A stretch of DNA of 64,000 nucleotides from an uncultured Eubacteriales bacterium (GCA_902492655.1 CABUMF010000004.1:17813-81812); one strand, 5' to 3'; numbered from the stretch's first letter, positions 28,663 through 37,967 are shown. Numbers and translations are program-made. Notes: generated from the sequence alone by a model not told the origin.

Positions 28663-29305
28663 ATAAACTATCAATGAATTTTACAACCTTGTCCGCAAGG
28701 TAGGAATGTCCGAAATCATTAGGATGCAATCCGTCTGCGGTATATGTATTTTTATTGATTTCAACATCGGGGCAAATTCCCGAAACGCTGTATAAATCAA
28801 ACACCGGAATTGCATATTTTTCCGCGGTTTTTTTGATTATTTCTACAAAATCGGGGAGAATATGCCCGTCAAACCTCGGATTTTCGCCGCCCTCACGCTT
28901 AAGTGGAGTCATAACCATAAGCTGTTTACCGACATATTTCTCGGTTAGCAACCGAAAAAGCACATTGCAGGAACCGCAAAATGTTTCGGCGGTATCGTCT
29001 CCGAATTCCCCAAAAGGAGCATCGCCGTGACCGTAATCGTTCGTGCCTCCGAAAACAACCACAAGATCGGCGTCATCCTCCATTTCCTTTGCGCGCATGA
29101 TAAAATCCAAATCAAATCTCGGATTTTCGCTCGCCTTTATCTGGGGAGCTATTCTTGTACCGCCGATACCGTAATTCCTTACTGCAACAGGCTTGTAACG
29201 CTCGGAAATCACCCCGACATAGCCTTTTTCGGAAGGAACGCTTGCACCGCTTCCCTCTGTTATACTGTCACCCAAAAAATTAATTTTAATCTCACCTATA
29301 TTCAA
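28661..29305 (-). CDS. SGNH/GDSL-family hydrolase (esterase/lipase-like)
   Basis: GDSIT block (INFLGDSITEG) and catalytic DxxH (DGLHPN). 214 aa. Confidence 0.85.
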   Translation of the reverse strand: MNIGEIKINFLGDSITEGSGASVPSEKGYVGVISERYKPVAVRNYGIGGTRIAPQIKASENPRFDLDFIMRAKEMEDDADLVVVFGGTNDYGHGDAPFGEFGDDTAETFCGSCNVLFRLLTEKYVGKQLMVMTPLKREGGENPRFDGHILPDFVEIIKKTAEKYAIPVFDLYSVSGICPDVEINKNTYTADGLHPNDFGHSYLADKVVKFIDSL

Positions 29306-29324
29306 AGCAAATCACCTCAAAACA

Positions 29325-29352
29325 ATTATAGCATAAATCACAGCCTTGTCAA
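29325..29352 (-). promoter_or_regulatory. Sigma-A type promoter for SGNH hydrolase gene (minus strand)
   Basis: Minus strand TTGACA (plus 29352-29347), 16-nt spacer, TATAAT (plus 29330-29325); then GAGGTG RBS and ATG at 29305. Confidence 0.45.
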
Positions 29353-29413
29353 CAAAAATATTCAAAATCGTATATTTTATCTCATATATATAGCCATTCT
29401 GCTCTTTTTCGCA

Positions 29414-29442
29414 TTGACACAGCATAAAAAATAATGTATAAT
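29414..29442 (+). promoter_or_regulatory. Sigma-A consensus promoter (TTGACA-17-TATAAT) for apbE
   Basis: Perfect TTGACA at 29414-29419, 17-nt spacer, TATAAT at 29437-29442. ~75-nt leader to ATG at 29519. Confidence 0.55.
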
Positions 29443-29518
29443 ACTGAAATACGGGGGTTTAAAACTTCCGAAAAATTTTTTATTTGACCGAAACAAATAT
29501 TTACGGTGTACTTAAGCT

Positions 29519-30460
29519 ATGAAAAAGAAAATTTTAATCCTTACTTTATTAATAATAACTGTCCTTTTCCTTGCATCCTGCGGCGAAGAGGAATACAGCG
29601 AAACATTTTTTGCAATGGATACCGTAATGACAATTACGGCATACGGTGACGGCGCAAAGGAGGCTTCCGAATACGCATACAAGGAAATTATGCGCCTTGA
29701 AAAGCTTTTGTCGGTTACGGATGAAGAAAGCGAAATATATGCACTCAATCACCGCACAACCTCGAATGTTTCATCGGAAACCGCAAATCTTATAACAAAA
29801 GCTTATAAAATAAGTGACGAAACCGACGGAGCGTTCGATATAACGCTCTACCCAGTTTCGCTTCTTTGGGGATTTACGGAAGATGAAAACCGCGTCCCGA
29901 AAGAAGATGAAATAAAAACCGCTCTTAAAAATACGGGGTATAAAAAAATCGTTGTCAACGAAAACAATGTTTTGCTTCCCGACAAAATGATGCTTGATTT
30001 GGGCGGAATAGCAAAGGGCTACGCAAGTGACAGAGTTTGTGAAATCTTAAAGGAAAACGGCATTAAATCAGCCGTTGTTTCACTCGGCGGCAATGTTCGA
30101 ACTATAGGGAAAAAGCCAAACGGCAGTCTGTGGAAAATCGGTATAGCAAGCCCCTTTGGCGGAGAGTCAGAGCAGTCTGTCGAGGTTGGAGAATCAGCGG
30201 TTGTCACATCGGGCGGCTACCAGCGTAATTTTACGGTCGACGGCAAAACATATCATCACATAATTGATCCCAAAAACGGTTATCCTGCCGAAAGCGATAT
30301 AGCATCAGTTACGGTAATCACAAAAAACGGTGCGGAAGCAGATGCGCTTTCAACGGCTTTTTTCGTTATGGGAGCAGAAAAAACAAAAGAATATTGTAAA
30401 AACCACAGTGGCGTTTCCGCTGTGATTATTATGCAGGACGGCGAGATAATAAAATGCTGA
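29519..30460 (+). CDS. apbE: FAD:protein FMN transferase (ApbE family) lipoprotein
   Basis: Lipoprotein signal LFLASCG and ApbE motifs (FFAMDTVMTI, GGIAKGYA, TSGGYQR). 313 aa. Confidence 0.85.
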   Translation: MKKKILILTLLIITVLFLASCGEEEYSETFFAMDTVMTITAYGDGAKEASEYAYKEIMRLEKLLSVTDEESEIYALNHRTTSNVSSETANLITKAYKISDETDGAFDITLYPVSLLWGFTEDENRVPKEDEIKTALKNTGYKKIVVNENNVLLPDKMMLDLGGIAKGYASDRVCEILKENGIKSAVVSLGGNVRTIGKKPNGSLWKIGIASPFGGESEQSVEVGESAVVTSGGYQRNFTVDGKTYHHIIDPKNGYPAESDIASVTVITKNGAEADALSTAFFVMGAEKTKEYCKNHSGVSAVIIMQDGEIIKC

Positions 30461-31755
30461 ACGAACAAAAATTCATAAAGAGCGGAAGGTGTGCGAGAAA
30501 AGCATGGCTTATCGAAAACACGGGCTGTTACGAAGACGCAAAGCCCCTTCCGTTCCCGGACATAAAAAACGGCAAAAAAAATAAAGTATTCCGTTCAAAT
30601 CTGGGCGAAGCAACTGTAGGCTGCGTTTCGTATAAGCCTTGCGGAATTGAGCTGTATGATTTTTTTGATACGATAAAGTATAAAAAATACACTCTCCGTA
30701 TGAACTACAAGCGTGCCATTGCCGAAAGCTGCGGCTATAACGTGCTTGGAGTTTATGCCGTAACGGTAAATCCGGACTATGAAATAAATTCAAATAAGCC
30801 CTACTACCGCATAAACAGAATAGAAAAGCCGAAATCAAAGGCTGAATTCAAAAGGTACATCGAACGGATTGCCGCCGCTTCCCGAATTTCTCGTCCCGCT
30901 CCTGCCGAAATGAAAAACGACTGTGCCGGCTGCGAGTTTTTCAAGGGCTGCTTTAAGCTTCCGAAGGACAACATTTTCCTTCTGAAGGGGCTTGATTTTT
31001 CGGACAAGGTTAAGCTTTACAATAACGGGATAATCACTTTCGGCGATTACATGAAAAGCAGTCCCTCACCCGTATGCAAAATGCAGATTAACGAGGAAAC
31101 ATTTATTGATAAAGCCTCTATCAGGGCGTTTCTGAAGCAGCTGTCGTACCCTCTCGGATTTCTCGATTTTGAAACGATTTCCCCTCTTGAGCCTATGTTT
31201 TCGGGGTATCATCCGGGGGATAGAATAATCACACAGTTTGCATATCACCAAAAAAACAGCATAAAATCACCGGCTGTTCATAAGGAATTTATAGGCGACG
31301 GTTTAACAAATCCCGAGCCGGGTGCGCTTATGGCACTGCTTGATGCAACAAAGCAGGCAAGGAATGTGCTTTCGTACTCGGTTTACGAAAAAAACTGCGT
31401 GGAAATGCTTGCAAAAAGATTTCCGGAATATAAATCCGAGCTGAATGAGCTTGCGCTAAAGCTTGTTGACCTTGAAATTCCTTTCAAAAATCATATGTAC
31501 TATACTCCCCTTATGGAAGGAAGAACATCGCTGAAATTCGTGCTTCCGGCGCTGTACCCCGAGGATAAAGAACTGGACTATAGCGCAATGAAGATTTCTG
31601 ACGGAGAGACGGCAGCAAGGGAGTATATGAGTCTTAAAGATAAGGATGAAAAAGAACGGAAAAAAATCATAAACAGCTTAAAAAAGTATTGTTCGCTTGA
31701 CTCTCTTGCACTTGTCAAAATAACAGATAAGCTGTACGAGGTTTCAAAAAAGTAA
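30454..31755 (+). CDS. Cas4/RecB-like Cys-cluster nuclease-domain protein (DUF2779-like)
   Basis: N-terminal CARKAWL resembles the Cas4/AddB CxR[KR]x[WY]L motif, and a downstream CAGCEFFKGC (C-x2-C-x5-C) gives the 1+3 Cys Fe-S pattern. The second half contains FLDFETISP (DxE). Overlaps apbE by 7 nt. Confidence 0.45.
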   Translation: MLNEQKFIKSGRCARKAWLIENTGCYEDAKPLPFPDIKNGKKNKVFRSNLGEATVGCVSYKPCGIELYDFFDTIKYKKYTLRMNYKRAIAESCGYNVLGVYAVTVNPDYEINSNKPYYRINRIEKPKSKAEFKRYIERIAAASRISRPAPAEMKNDCAGCEFFKGCFKLPKDNIFLLKGLDFSDKVKLYNNGIITFGDYMKSSPSPVCKMQINEETFIDKASIRAFLKQLSYPLGFLDFETISPLEPMFSGYHPGDRIITQFAYHQKNSIKSPAVHKEFIGDGLTNPEPGALMALLDATKQARNVLSYSVYEKNCVEMLAKRFPEYKSELNELALKLVDLEIPFKNHMYYTPLMEGRTSLKFVLPALYPEDKELDYSAMKISDGETAAREYMSLKDKDEKERKKIINSLKKYCSLDSLALVKITDKLYEVSKK

Positions 31756-31786
31756 AGAGGATGCGGTGATGCATCCTCTTTTCTTC
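31756..31786. terminator. Bidirectional rho-independent terminator
   Basis: AGAGGATGC-GGTGAT-GCATCCTCT hairpin with T-runs on both strands. Lies between convergent genes. Confidence 0.65.
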
Positions 31787-31792
31787 ATGAAA

Positions 31793-32659
31793 TCATCTAT
31801 AGAGATTAGCTTTATCAATGTCGTTAAAGAGATTCATTTTGAACTCAACAACTTCGCGCATTGCCTTTATGCAAGGCGGATAAATCGTGTTAGGCTCAAT
31901 CCATTTCGGATTTTCCGAAAGAACTTCTCTGCACTTTTTATAAAGCGCAACCTTTATATCGCTTGAAATGTTGATTTTGGAAATACCAATCTTAACAGAC
32001 TCCGCAATTTCCTTGTCGGGATTGCTTGAGCCGCCGTGAAGCACAAGGGGAATGTCAACATTCTTTCTGATTTTTTCAAGAAGGTCAAGCTTAAGCTCGG
32101 GCTTCATATCTTTGGGATAAATGCCGTGAGCCGTTCCGATTGCAACCGCAAGGGAATCAATTCCCGTCTTTTCAACAAAGTCCTTTGCCTGCTCGGGATC
32201 GGTATAAATAATATCGTTTGCTCCGCCTTCGTAGGAATCGCCGGTTGAACCGATAGTTCCGAGCTCACCCTCAACAGAAACTCCCAAAGGACGGGCAACT
32301 TCAACAACCTTTTTGCTAAGAGCAACATTTTCCTCATAGGGAAGATGTGAAGCGTCAATCATAACTGAAGTAAAACCGCAGCGAATTGCACGAAGTATTT
32401 CTTCAAATTTTCCGCCATGGTCAAGATGAATAACCATGGGAACTTTGGACTTGTGCGCCTCATCAATGCAGGTTTTTATAAAGCTGTCGCCCAAAAATTC
32501 AAGCTCGGTGGGATGAATTGCCAAAATTACGGGTGCATTTTTTTCTTCCGCACTTTCGATTACGCCTTTAAGTATTGCCTCACTGCCAATGTTAAAGGCA
32601 GGAACAGCAAAGCCGTTTTTATCGGCAGGCGCAAGCATTTCTTTCATGTTGATAAGCAT
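31793..32659 (-). CDS. Class II ketose-bisphosphate aldolase (fructose/tagatose-bisphosphate aldolase family)
   Basis: N-terminus MLINMKEMLAPADKNGFAVPAFNIGS..., HLDHGG zinc site and class II aldolase fold. 288 aa. Confidence 0.85.
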   Translation of the reverse strand: MLINMKEMLAPADKNGFAVPAFNIGSEAILKGVIESAEEKNAPVILAIHPTELEFLGDSFIKTCIDEAHKSKVPMVIHLDHGGKFEEILRAIRCGFTSVMIDASHLPYEENVALSKKVVEVARPLGVSVEGELGTIGSTGDSYEGGANDIIYTDPEQAKDFVEKTGIDSLAVAIGTAHGIYPKDMKPELKLDLLEKIRKNVDIPLVLHGGSSNPDKEIAESVKIGISKINISSDIKVALYKKCREVLSENPKWIEPNTIYPPCIKAMREVVEFKMNLFNDIDKANLYR

Positions 32660-32672
32660 AATTAAATCACTC

Positions 32673-33527
32673 CTATAGATTTTTATTTTCCGAGCCTGAA
32701 AGCTGAATATAGTATTTTACAAGCTCGCGACTTTCCTTTTCTGCGACCTTTATAAGGTCAAAATAATTAATGTCGGGGTTTTCGGCAATGGCTTTTGCCA
32801 CGGCATCACGGTTTGCATTCATAAAATCACAGCCGACATTTATTTTGTTAATTCCGTACTCCACGGACTTTTTTATATTGTATTCTCCGGACCCTGAGCC
32901 ACCGTGAAGCACCAAGGGCATATTTGTGAGGCGTTTGATTTCCTGAAGTCGCTTAAAATCAAATTCCGGAACCTGACCGTCAGGATAATTTCCATGTGAT
33001 GTTCCAATCGAAACCGCAAGAGCGTCAACACCTGTTCTCTCGGCAAAAATCTTAGCCTGCTCCGGGTCGGTGTACATGGCTTCATCTGTGAATGCTCCGC
33101 CTTCGGTTGCGCCGAGAGCACCGATTTCACCCTCCGTTGAAACACCTCTCTTGTGAGCATACTCGGTAATTTCACGGGTCATTTCAATGTTTTCCTCAAG
33201 CTCAAATCGAGAAGCGTCAATCATTACGGACGAAAACCCGTCATCTATTGCCTTTATTATATAGTCCCGTTCACTGCCGTGGTCGAGATTAAGAGCAACC
33301 GATGTTTCGGAGCGTTCAGCAAGCTTCTTTACAATGGGTACAATAAGCTCGCTGTCGCAATGGGTGAGCAGGTGATCTTTATAAATATTCACTATTATCG
33401 GGGCGTTAAGCTCCTCTGCCGCCGATATTACCGAACGCACCGTTTCAATATTAAAACAGTTTATAGCCATAACCGCATAGCCGCCGCGGTTGGCATTATC
33501 AAGCATTTTCTTCATTGAAACATACAT
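32673..33527 (-). CDS. Class II ketose-bisphosphate aldolase, second paralog
   Basis: MYVSMKKMLDNANRGGYAVMAINCFNIE..., NLDHGS, VLHGGSG. 284 aa; paralogous to the adjacent aldolase. Confidence 0.85.
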   Translation of the reverse strand: MYVSMKKMLDNANRGGYAVMAINCFNIETVRSVISAAEELNAPIIVNIYKDHLLTHCDSELIVPIVKKLAERSETSVALNLDHGSERDYIIKAIDDGFSSVMIDASRFELEENIEMTREITEYAHKRGVSTEGEIGALGATEGGAFTDEAMYTDPEQAKIFAERTGVDALAVSIGTSHGNYPDGQVPEFDFKRLQEIKRLTNMPLVLHGGSGSGEYNIKKSVEYGINKINVGCDFMNANRDAVAKAIAENPDINYFDLIKVAEKESRELVKYYIQLSGSENKNL

Positions 33528-33548
33528 AAATCAAAAGCCTCCGAAAAC

Positions 33549-34631
33549 CTAATTGAATTTAACATCCGAGAGGTCAATATCTTCCTCTTCTTCATCGAGA
33601 ACTACGGTATCCTCCTCTTTTGCATCGTGCTTAAGTGCCACGAGAAGAAGCGCCGTTACAACCGTACCTACCGAAAGAGCAAGCATGAAGCCCCAAGGAT
33701 TGATCATCGCCGGAACTATAAACATACCGCCTGACGGAACCATAGAACCTACATTCAAAAGCATGATAAGCGCTCCGCCGACTGCGGAACCGATTGAGCA
33801 GGATGCTATAACTCTTATGGGGTCAACAGCGGCAATCGGAATAACGCCTTCTGTAATCATACAGATACCCATAGGGAAAGCAACCTTAATGTTGTCGGTT
33901 TCGCTCTTTGTGTATCTTTTGCGTCTAATAAGCCAGGAAAGAGCAACGCCGAAGGGCGGAATCATGGAAGCGCAGATTTTAACCGCTTCGGGGCCGTAAA
34001 CGCCGTCCATTAAAAGCCCGTCCGCAAAGAGGGAAGCAACCTTGTTAACGGGACCGCCGAAATCAAACGCAGCCATTGCACCCATTACGGCACCGAAAAC
34101 TCCCTTTGAACCGTCGCTCATGCTGAGAAGAAGGTTTGTTAGAGCTTCGGAAACCCAAGCGATAGGCCCGCCGATTACAAAAAACATAATAAGTCCGATA
34201 ACAACTGACGAAATGAGGGGAATTATCATCATAGGCATAAGTCCCTGAGCCCACTTGGGAACCTTAAGGTGATTTTTCAAAAATTCAACGAAATAACCTG
34301 CAAGGTAACCGCCGAGCATACCTCCGAGGAAACCTGCGCCCATATGCTGGGCAATCATACCCATTAATAGACCGGGTGCGATACCGGGACGGTCGGCAAT
34401 CGAATATGCGATAGCCGCACCCATAACTCCGGGAAGAAGTCCCATACCGTAAACACCGAGTGTTACTGCCGCCTGCCAAACATTGTAGCTTTCCTTATAG
34501 TTTTCGATAGTAGACGGATTGCCTCCGAAAATATTTCCTATTGCTATAAGCAAACCGGATGCAACAACAAGCGGAAGCATAAATGAAATACCTGTAAGCG
34601 CGTGCTTTTTCAGTTGTAATTTCTTGAACAT
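33549..34631 (-). CDS. PTS fructose-family transporter subunit IIC
   Basis: LTGISFMLPLVVASGLLIAIG N-terminal motif of Fru-family IIC. Polytopic, 360 aa. Confidence 0.85.
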   Translation of the reverse strand: MFKKLQLKKHALTGISFMLPLVVASGLLIAIGNIFGGNPSTIENYKESYNVWQAAVTLGVYGMGLLPGVMGAAIAYSIADRPGIAPGLLMGMIAQHMGAGFLGGMLGGYLAGYFVEFLKNHLKVPKWAQGLMPMMIIPLISSVVIGLIMFFVIGGPIAWVSEALTNLLLSMSDGSKGVFGAVMGAMAAFDFGGPVNKVASLFADGLLMDGVYGPEAVKICASMIPPFGVALSWLIRRKRYTKSETDNIKVAFPMGICMITEGVIPIAAVDPIRVIASCSIGSAVGGALIMLLNVGSMVPSGGMFIVPAMINPWGFMLALSVGTVVTALLLVALKHDAKEEDTVVLDEEEEDIDLSDVKFN

Positions 34632-34655
34632 TTTCTTTCCTCCTAAAATTTTAAC

Positions 34656-34967
34656 TTATTTTGAAATTTCTGCTTCAATTTTGTTGATAAGAGCCTTTGG
34701 TGATTTAATTGCGATGTGTGTAGGAACTTCAACAATTCGTTTGCCTTTAAATCTGTCTTTTCCGCCGACCTTGATATCTGCGGCAATGATAACAACATCC
34801 GCCGCAGCAATTTCGGCAGCCGTAAGCTCGTCCTCGGTGCCTATTGTGCCTTGGGTTTCGATTTTGATTTCATGTCCGAGCTCCTTGCCTGCGCTGCACA
34901 GCTTTTCCTTTGCAATGTAGGTGTGTGCAATACCTGATGTACAAGCCGCAATTCCAACAATTTTCAT
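34656..34967 (-). CDS. PTS fructose-family subunit IIB
   Basis: Active-site Cys in GIAACTSGIAHTYIA (Fru-type IIB). 103 aa. Confidence 0.9.
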   Translation of the reverse strand: MKIVGIAACTSGIAHTYIAKEKLCSAGKELGHEIKIETQGTIGTEDELTAAEIAAADVVIIAADIKVGGKDRFKGKRIVEVPTHIAIKSPKALINKIEAEISK

Positions 34968-34982
34968 AAGCTTTCCTCCTTC

Positions 34983-35432
34983 TTATTTTGAAAAGATGCT
35001 TATAATTTCGTCTGCATCTTTTGCATTCAACAGCTTTTTGCAGTTTTCCTCCGAAGCAAGCTTTCTTGCCATCTCCGAAAGAAGTTTTACATGAACACCC
35101 GTCTTGTCATTGTCGTTTACCGCAAGGAGTACAACAAATTCAACCGGTGCATCGTCAACACTTTTCCATTCAACGGGGCTTGAAAGACGGCCTACCGCAA
35201 CAGTGGTTTCCGAAACATTTGTCGACTTACCGTGGGGAATTGCAATTCCGTTTCCTATGCCCGTAGTGGAAACAGCCTCACGGTCCAAAACATCCTTCAA
35301 AAATTCGTCACGGTTCTTTATATTGCCGCTTGCGCAAAGGACATCAACCAAAGCGGAAAGAGCCTCCTCCTTGGTTTTTGCATCAAGCTTTGTAACGATG
35401 TTTTCTTTTTTCAATACTTCAGATACATTCAT
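34983..35432 (-). CDS. PTS subunit IIA (fructose/mannitol-type, PTS_EIIA_2)
   Basis: GIGNGIAIPHGK with phosphorylatable His. 149 aa. Confidence 0.85.
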   Translation of the reverse strand: MNVSEVLKKENIVTKLDAKTKEEALSALVDVLCASGNIKNRDEFLKDVLDREAVSTTGIGNGIAIPHGKSTNVSETTVAVGRLSSPVEWKSVDDAPVEFVVLLAVNDNDKTGVHVKLLSEMARKLASEENCKKLLNAKDADEIISIFSK

Positions 35433-37063
35433 AATTCAACCTCTCCTTTAAGTACCGCCTTTGCGGTTTTCTCGGCATCGCAAACATTAATTGAGCCGAG
35501 CTTATGTTTTATTCTTTTTACCAGCGGAAACGGAACACTGAATTTTCTCAGTCCGAGTCCCAAAAGCAGCTCTGTAAAATCGGTATTTGCCGCCAGATCT
35601 CCGCAAACGCTGACTTCAATACCGGCGTTATTTGCGCTTTTTATAATGTGTGCAAGAAGCCGTATTACAGCACCGTGCCGAGGGTTATAAAGATGCTCAA
35701 CCTCACCGTTTCCCCTGTCAGCCGCCATTGTGTACTGCACAAGGTCATTTGTTCCGATGCTGAAAAAATCTGCGTGCTTTGCAAAAACATCCGCCATAAC
35801 TGCGCTTGCGGGGGTTTCAATCATTATACCGAGGGATACATCCTTGCAGAAATCTGTGTTTTCATTTGCAAGCTCCGATGTAAGATTTGAAATAATCTCT
35901 TTTGTTCTTGTTATTTCGTTGATGTCAGAAACCATAGGGAGCATAATTTTTATCCTTTTCCCTGCCCCTCCGATAAGCAATGCCTTAAGCTGTTCTTTGA
36001 AAATTTCCTCATTGGACAGGCAAAGTCTTATTCCTCTGTTTCCAAGGAAAGGATTCTCCTCATCCTTCGTACCCATATATGAAAGCTTTTTGTCTCCGCC
36101 CACATCAATGGTTCTGACAATCACATCCTCGCACTTATCAAAAACCTCTTTATATGCCCTTGTTTGCTCCTCTACCGTCGGTTTTCTTACAGAAGATGAA
36201 TATAAAAACTCGGTTCTGAAAAGCCCTATTCCGTCAAATTTTTCGTCTTCGGTGCCGTATAAATCAGAAGGATTCCCTATATTTATGCAAAGCTTTATTC
36301 TCACGCCGTCCGCTGTAACGGCATCCGCTCCTTTAAGCTCATCAAGCCTTGAAAGGAAGCTTTGCTCATCTATAAGCTTATCCTCATACATTTTTGCGGT
36401 TTCATCATCGGGGGAAACAATAAGCCTTCCCTCATATCCGTCTATAAAAGCGTCCTTTAGGCTGTCATCCTTAGATAAAATCTCACATCCCACAACCGCC
36501 GGAATACCCAGGGATTTTGCCAAAATAGCTGTGTGAGAGGTAACTCCGCCTGTTTCGCAAACAAGCCCTAAAAGGCGATCCTTGGGAAAATTCATGGTGT
36601 CAACCGGGGTGAGCTCATGAGATACGATTATAAATTTTTCGTCACCCTCGGGAAGTGCAAAATCTCCGCCTCCCAAAAGCTCCTCACAAAGGAGCTTGCC
36701 GATATATCTTATATCATCAGCTCTTCTTTTCATGTATTCGTTTTTGTTTGCCGCCAGCACCGCCGCCGCACTTTCCGTAACATCCCTGATCGCTTTTTCC
36801 TCGTCCTCGCCGCCTTCCACAGCCGCCATAATAGGATCTTTTAGCATGGAGTCTGACAAAAGCATTTCATACGCTTCAAATATTTTTGCTTCGTCCTCGC
36901 CGACATCGCATTTTGCCTTTTCCTTAAGACTGCTAACCTTAAGGAGTGCCTTTTCAAAAGCTTCGCCGATAGATATTTTGTCTCCGCCGGTCTTTTTTTC
37001 GTAGTATAGCACCTTTGCGCCCGCTATGCCGTCCGAAGCACCTATGCCTTTATATATTTTCAT
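35429..37063 (-). CDS. ptsI: Phosphoenolpyruvate-protein phosphotransferase (PTS Enzyme I) paralog
   Basis: N-terminal GIGASDGIAGAK, phospho-His domain, C-terminal PEP-utilising TIM barrel (GGxTSHxAI-like, CGExxxxP-like). 544 aa. Sits inside a sugar-specific operon. Confidence 0.85.
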   Translation of the reverse strand: MKIYKGIGASDGIAGAKVLYYEKKTGGDKISIGEAFEKALLKVSSLKEKAKCDVGEDEAKIFEAYEMLLSDSMLKDPIMAAVEGGEDEEKAIRDVTESAAAVLAANKNEYMKRRADDIRYIGKLLCEELLGGGDFALPEGDEKFIIVSHELTPVDTMNFPKDRLLGLVCETGGVTSHTAILAKSLGIPAVVGCEILSKDDSLKDAFIDGYEGRLIVSPDDETAKMYEDKLIDEQSFLSRLDELKGADAVTADGVRIKLCINIGNPSDLYGTEDEKFDGIGLFRTEFLYSSSVRKPTVEEQTRAYKEVFDKCEDVIVRTIDVGGDKKLSYMGTKDEENPFLGNRGIRLCLSNEEIFKEQLKALLIGGAGKRIKIMLPMVSDINEITRTKEIISNLTSELANENTDFCKDVSLGIMIETPASAVMADVFAKHADFFSIGTNDLVQYTMAADRGNGEVEHLYNPRHGAVIRLLAHIIKSANNAGIEVSVCGDLAANTDFTELLLGLGLRKFSVPFPLVKRIKHKLGSINVCDAEKTAKAVLKGEVEL

Positions 37064-37067
37064 AAAA

Positions 37068-37322
37068 TCACTCCGAATCCAATGTTTTTATGAGTGCATC
37101 AATGGCCTCTTTTTCGTCCTCGCCTTCAGCGCAAAGCTCGATCGTGTCGCCCTTGACCGCACCGACGCAAAGAACCATCAAAATGCTTTTGGCTTCAAAT
37201 TCTTCACCGTCTTTGATAATGGAAATCTTGCTTTTGAAGCTTCCGGCAGTCTTGCAAAAATCGGTTGCCGGACGGGCATGCAAGCCCTCCTCGTTTTTAA
37301 TAGTGTAGCTTACCTTAATCAT
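37068..37322 (-). CDS. HPr-family phosphocarrier protein paralog
   Basis: GLHARPA His-15 motif. Start set to MIKVSYT (GGAGGA upstream) giving 84 aa; the track GTG start would add 9 aa. Confidence 0.8.
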   Translation of the reverse strand: MIKVSYTIKNEEGLHARPATDFCKTAGSFKSKISIIKDGEEFEAKSILMVLCVGAVKGDTIELCAEGEDEKEAIDALIKTLDSE

Positions 37323-37507
37323 TTTTCCTCCAATCCTAAGCTTTACCACTGCTTTATGAATTTATATATTTCTTTTGAATTATCAAGTTTTCTTAGCTTA
37401 TCGCATTCTTCTTTATACTCTCAAAACAATAAAATACTGCCGAAAACAAAAAATCAAGCTCTTTTAGATTATTATTGTACATATAAAATTTAATATACAA
37501 AAATTTC

Positions 37508-37538
37508 ACAAAAAAAGAAGAGTTCGTTAAACTCTTCT
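37508..37538 (-). terminator. Rho-independent terminator after sigma-r4-like gene
   Basis: GAAGAGTT-TAAC-GAACTCTTC hairpin followed by an 8-nt U-run on the minus strand. Separates the regulator gene from the PTS operon. Confidence 0.65.
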
Positions 37539-37550
37539 CAAATTAAGTTA

Positions 37551-37967
37551 TTAAAGCTTCGCATAATTCTCCAAAGCACGCTTGTGGAGTTTGCAAAACC
37601 AGGTGTATTCGTAACAAATTTCCATGCTGAGTGCAATCAGAGAACGACCTCTTAAATACTTCTCATACAAAATCTTTCTGTCAAGCTCCGAAAGCATAAG
37701 GAGCTTTCTGTCAATGGTTTTTCTGACTTCCTCAATTTTTGCCGCCGTATAATACTCGGATTTTTGAAGCTCGATTTCTCTAACTTCGGCTTCTCTTATT
37801 CTTTGCAGCAATGCTTTTGACCTTCCGGTATCACCTGCCCTGAACCTCATCATGCCCAAATTCAGGTGATTGTTGACATTTCTTGCATGCAATTTTGCCA
37901 ATTTTTCTGACAACACACGATAGGTCATCAGTTCCGATTTCGCTTCTTTGACCGTCATTCGTAACAT
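37551..37967 (-). CDS. Small sigma-70 region-4-like DNA-binding protein (ArpU/DUF1492-like regulator)
   Basis: 138 aa. C-terminus LSELDRKILYEKYLRGRSLIALSMEICYEYTWFCKLHKRALENYAKL has the sigma-70 region 4 / LuxR-like HTH pattern. Confidence 0.45.
   Translation of the reverse strand: MLRMTVKEAKSELMTYRVLSEKLAKLHARNVNNHLNLGMMRFRAGDTGRSKALLQRIREAEVREIELQKSEYYTAAKIEEVRKTIDRKLLMLSELDRKILYEKYLRGRSLIALSMEICYEYTWFCKLHKRALENYAKL

Noticed and set aside
33553-34248. 148-aa and 68-aa plus-strand ORFs
   Set aside because: Antisense to the PTS IIC gene, which has a clear Fru-IIC motif. Shadow ORFs.
35730-36536. 268-aa plus-strand ORF
   Set aside because: Antisense to PTS Enzyme I. Low-complexity Ser-rich translation with no RBS.
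37350-37550. Possible cre/catabolite site or sigma-A promoter for the PTS operon
   Set aside because: I could find only weak TTGnnn/TAnnnT combinations (e.g. TTGTAT-15-TACAAT) and no WTGNAANCGNWNNCW-like cre. I left it unannotated rather than guess.
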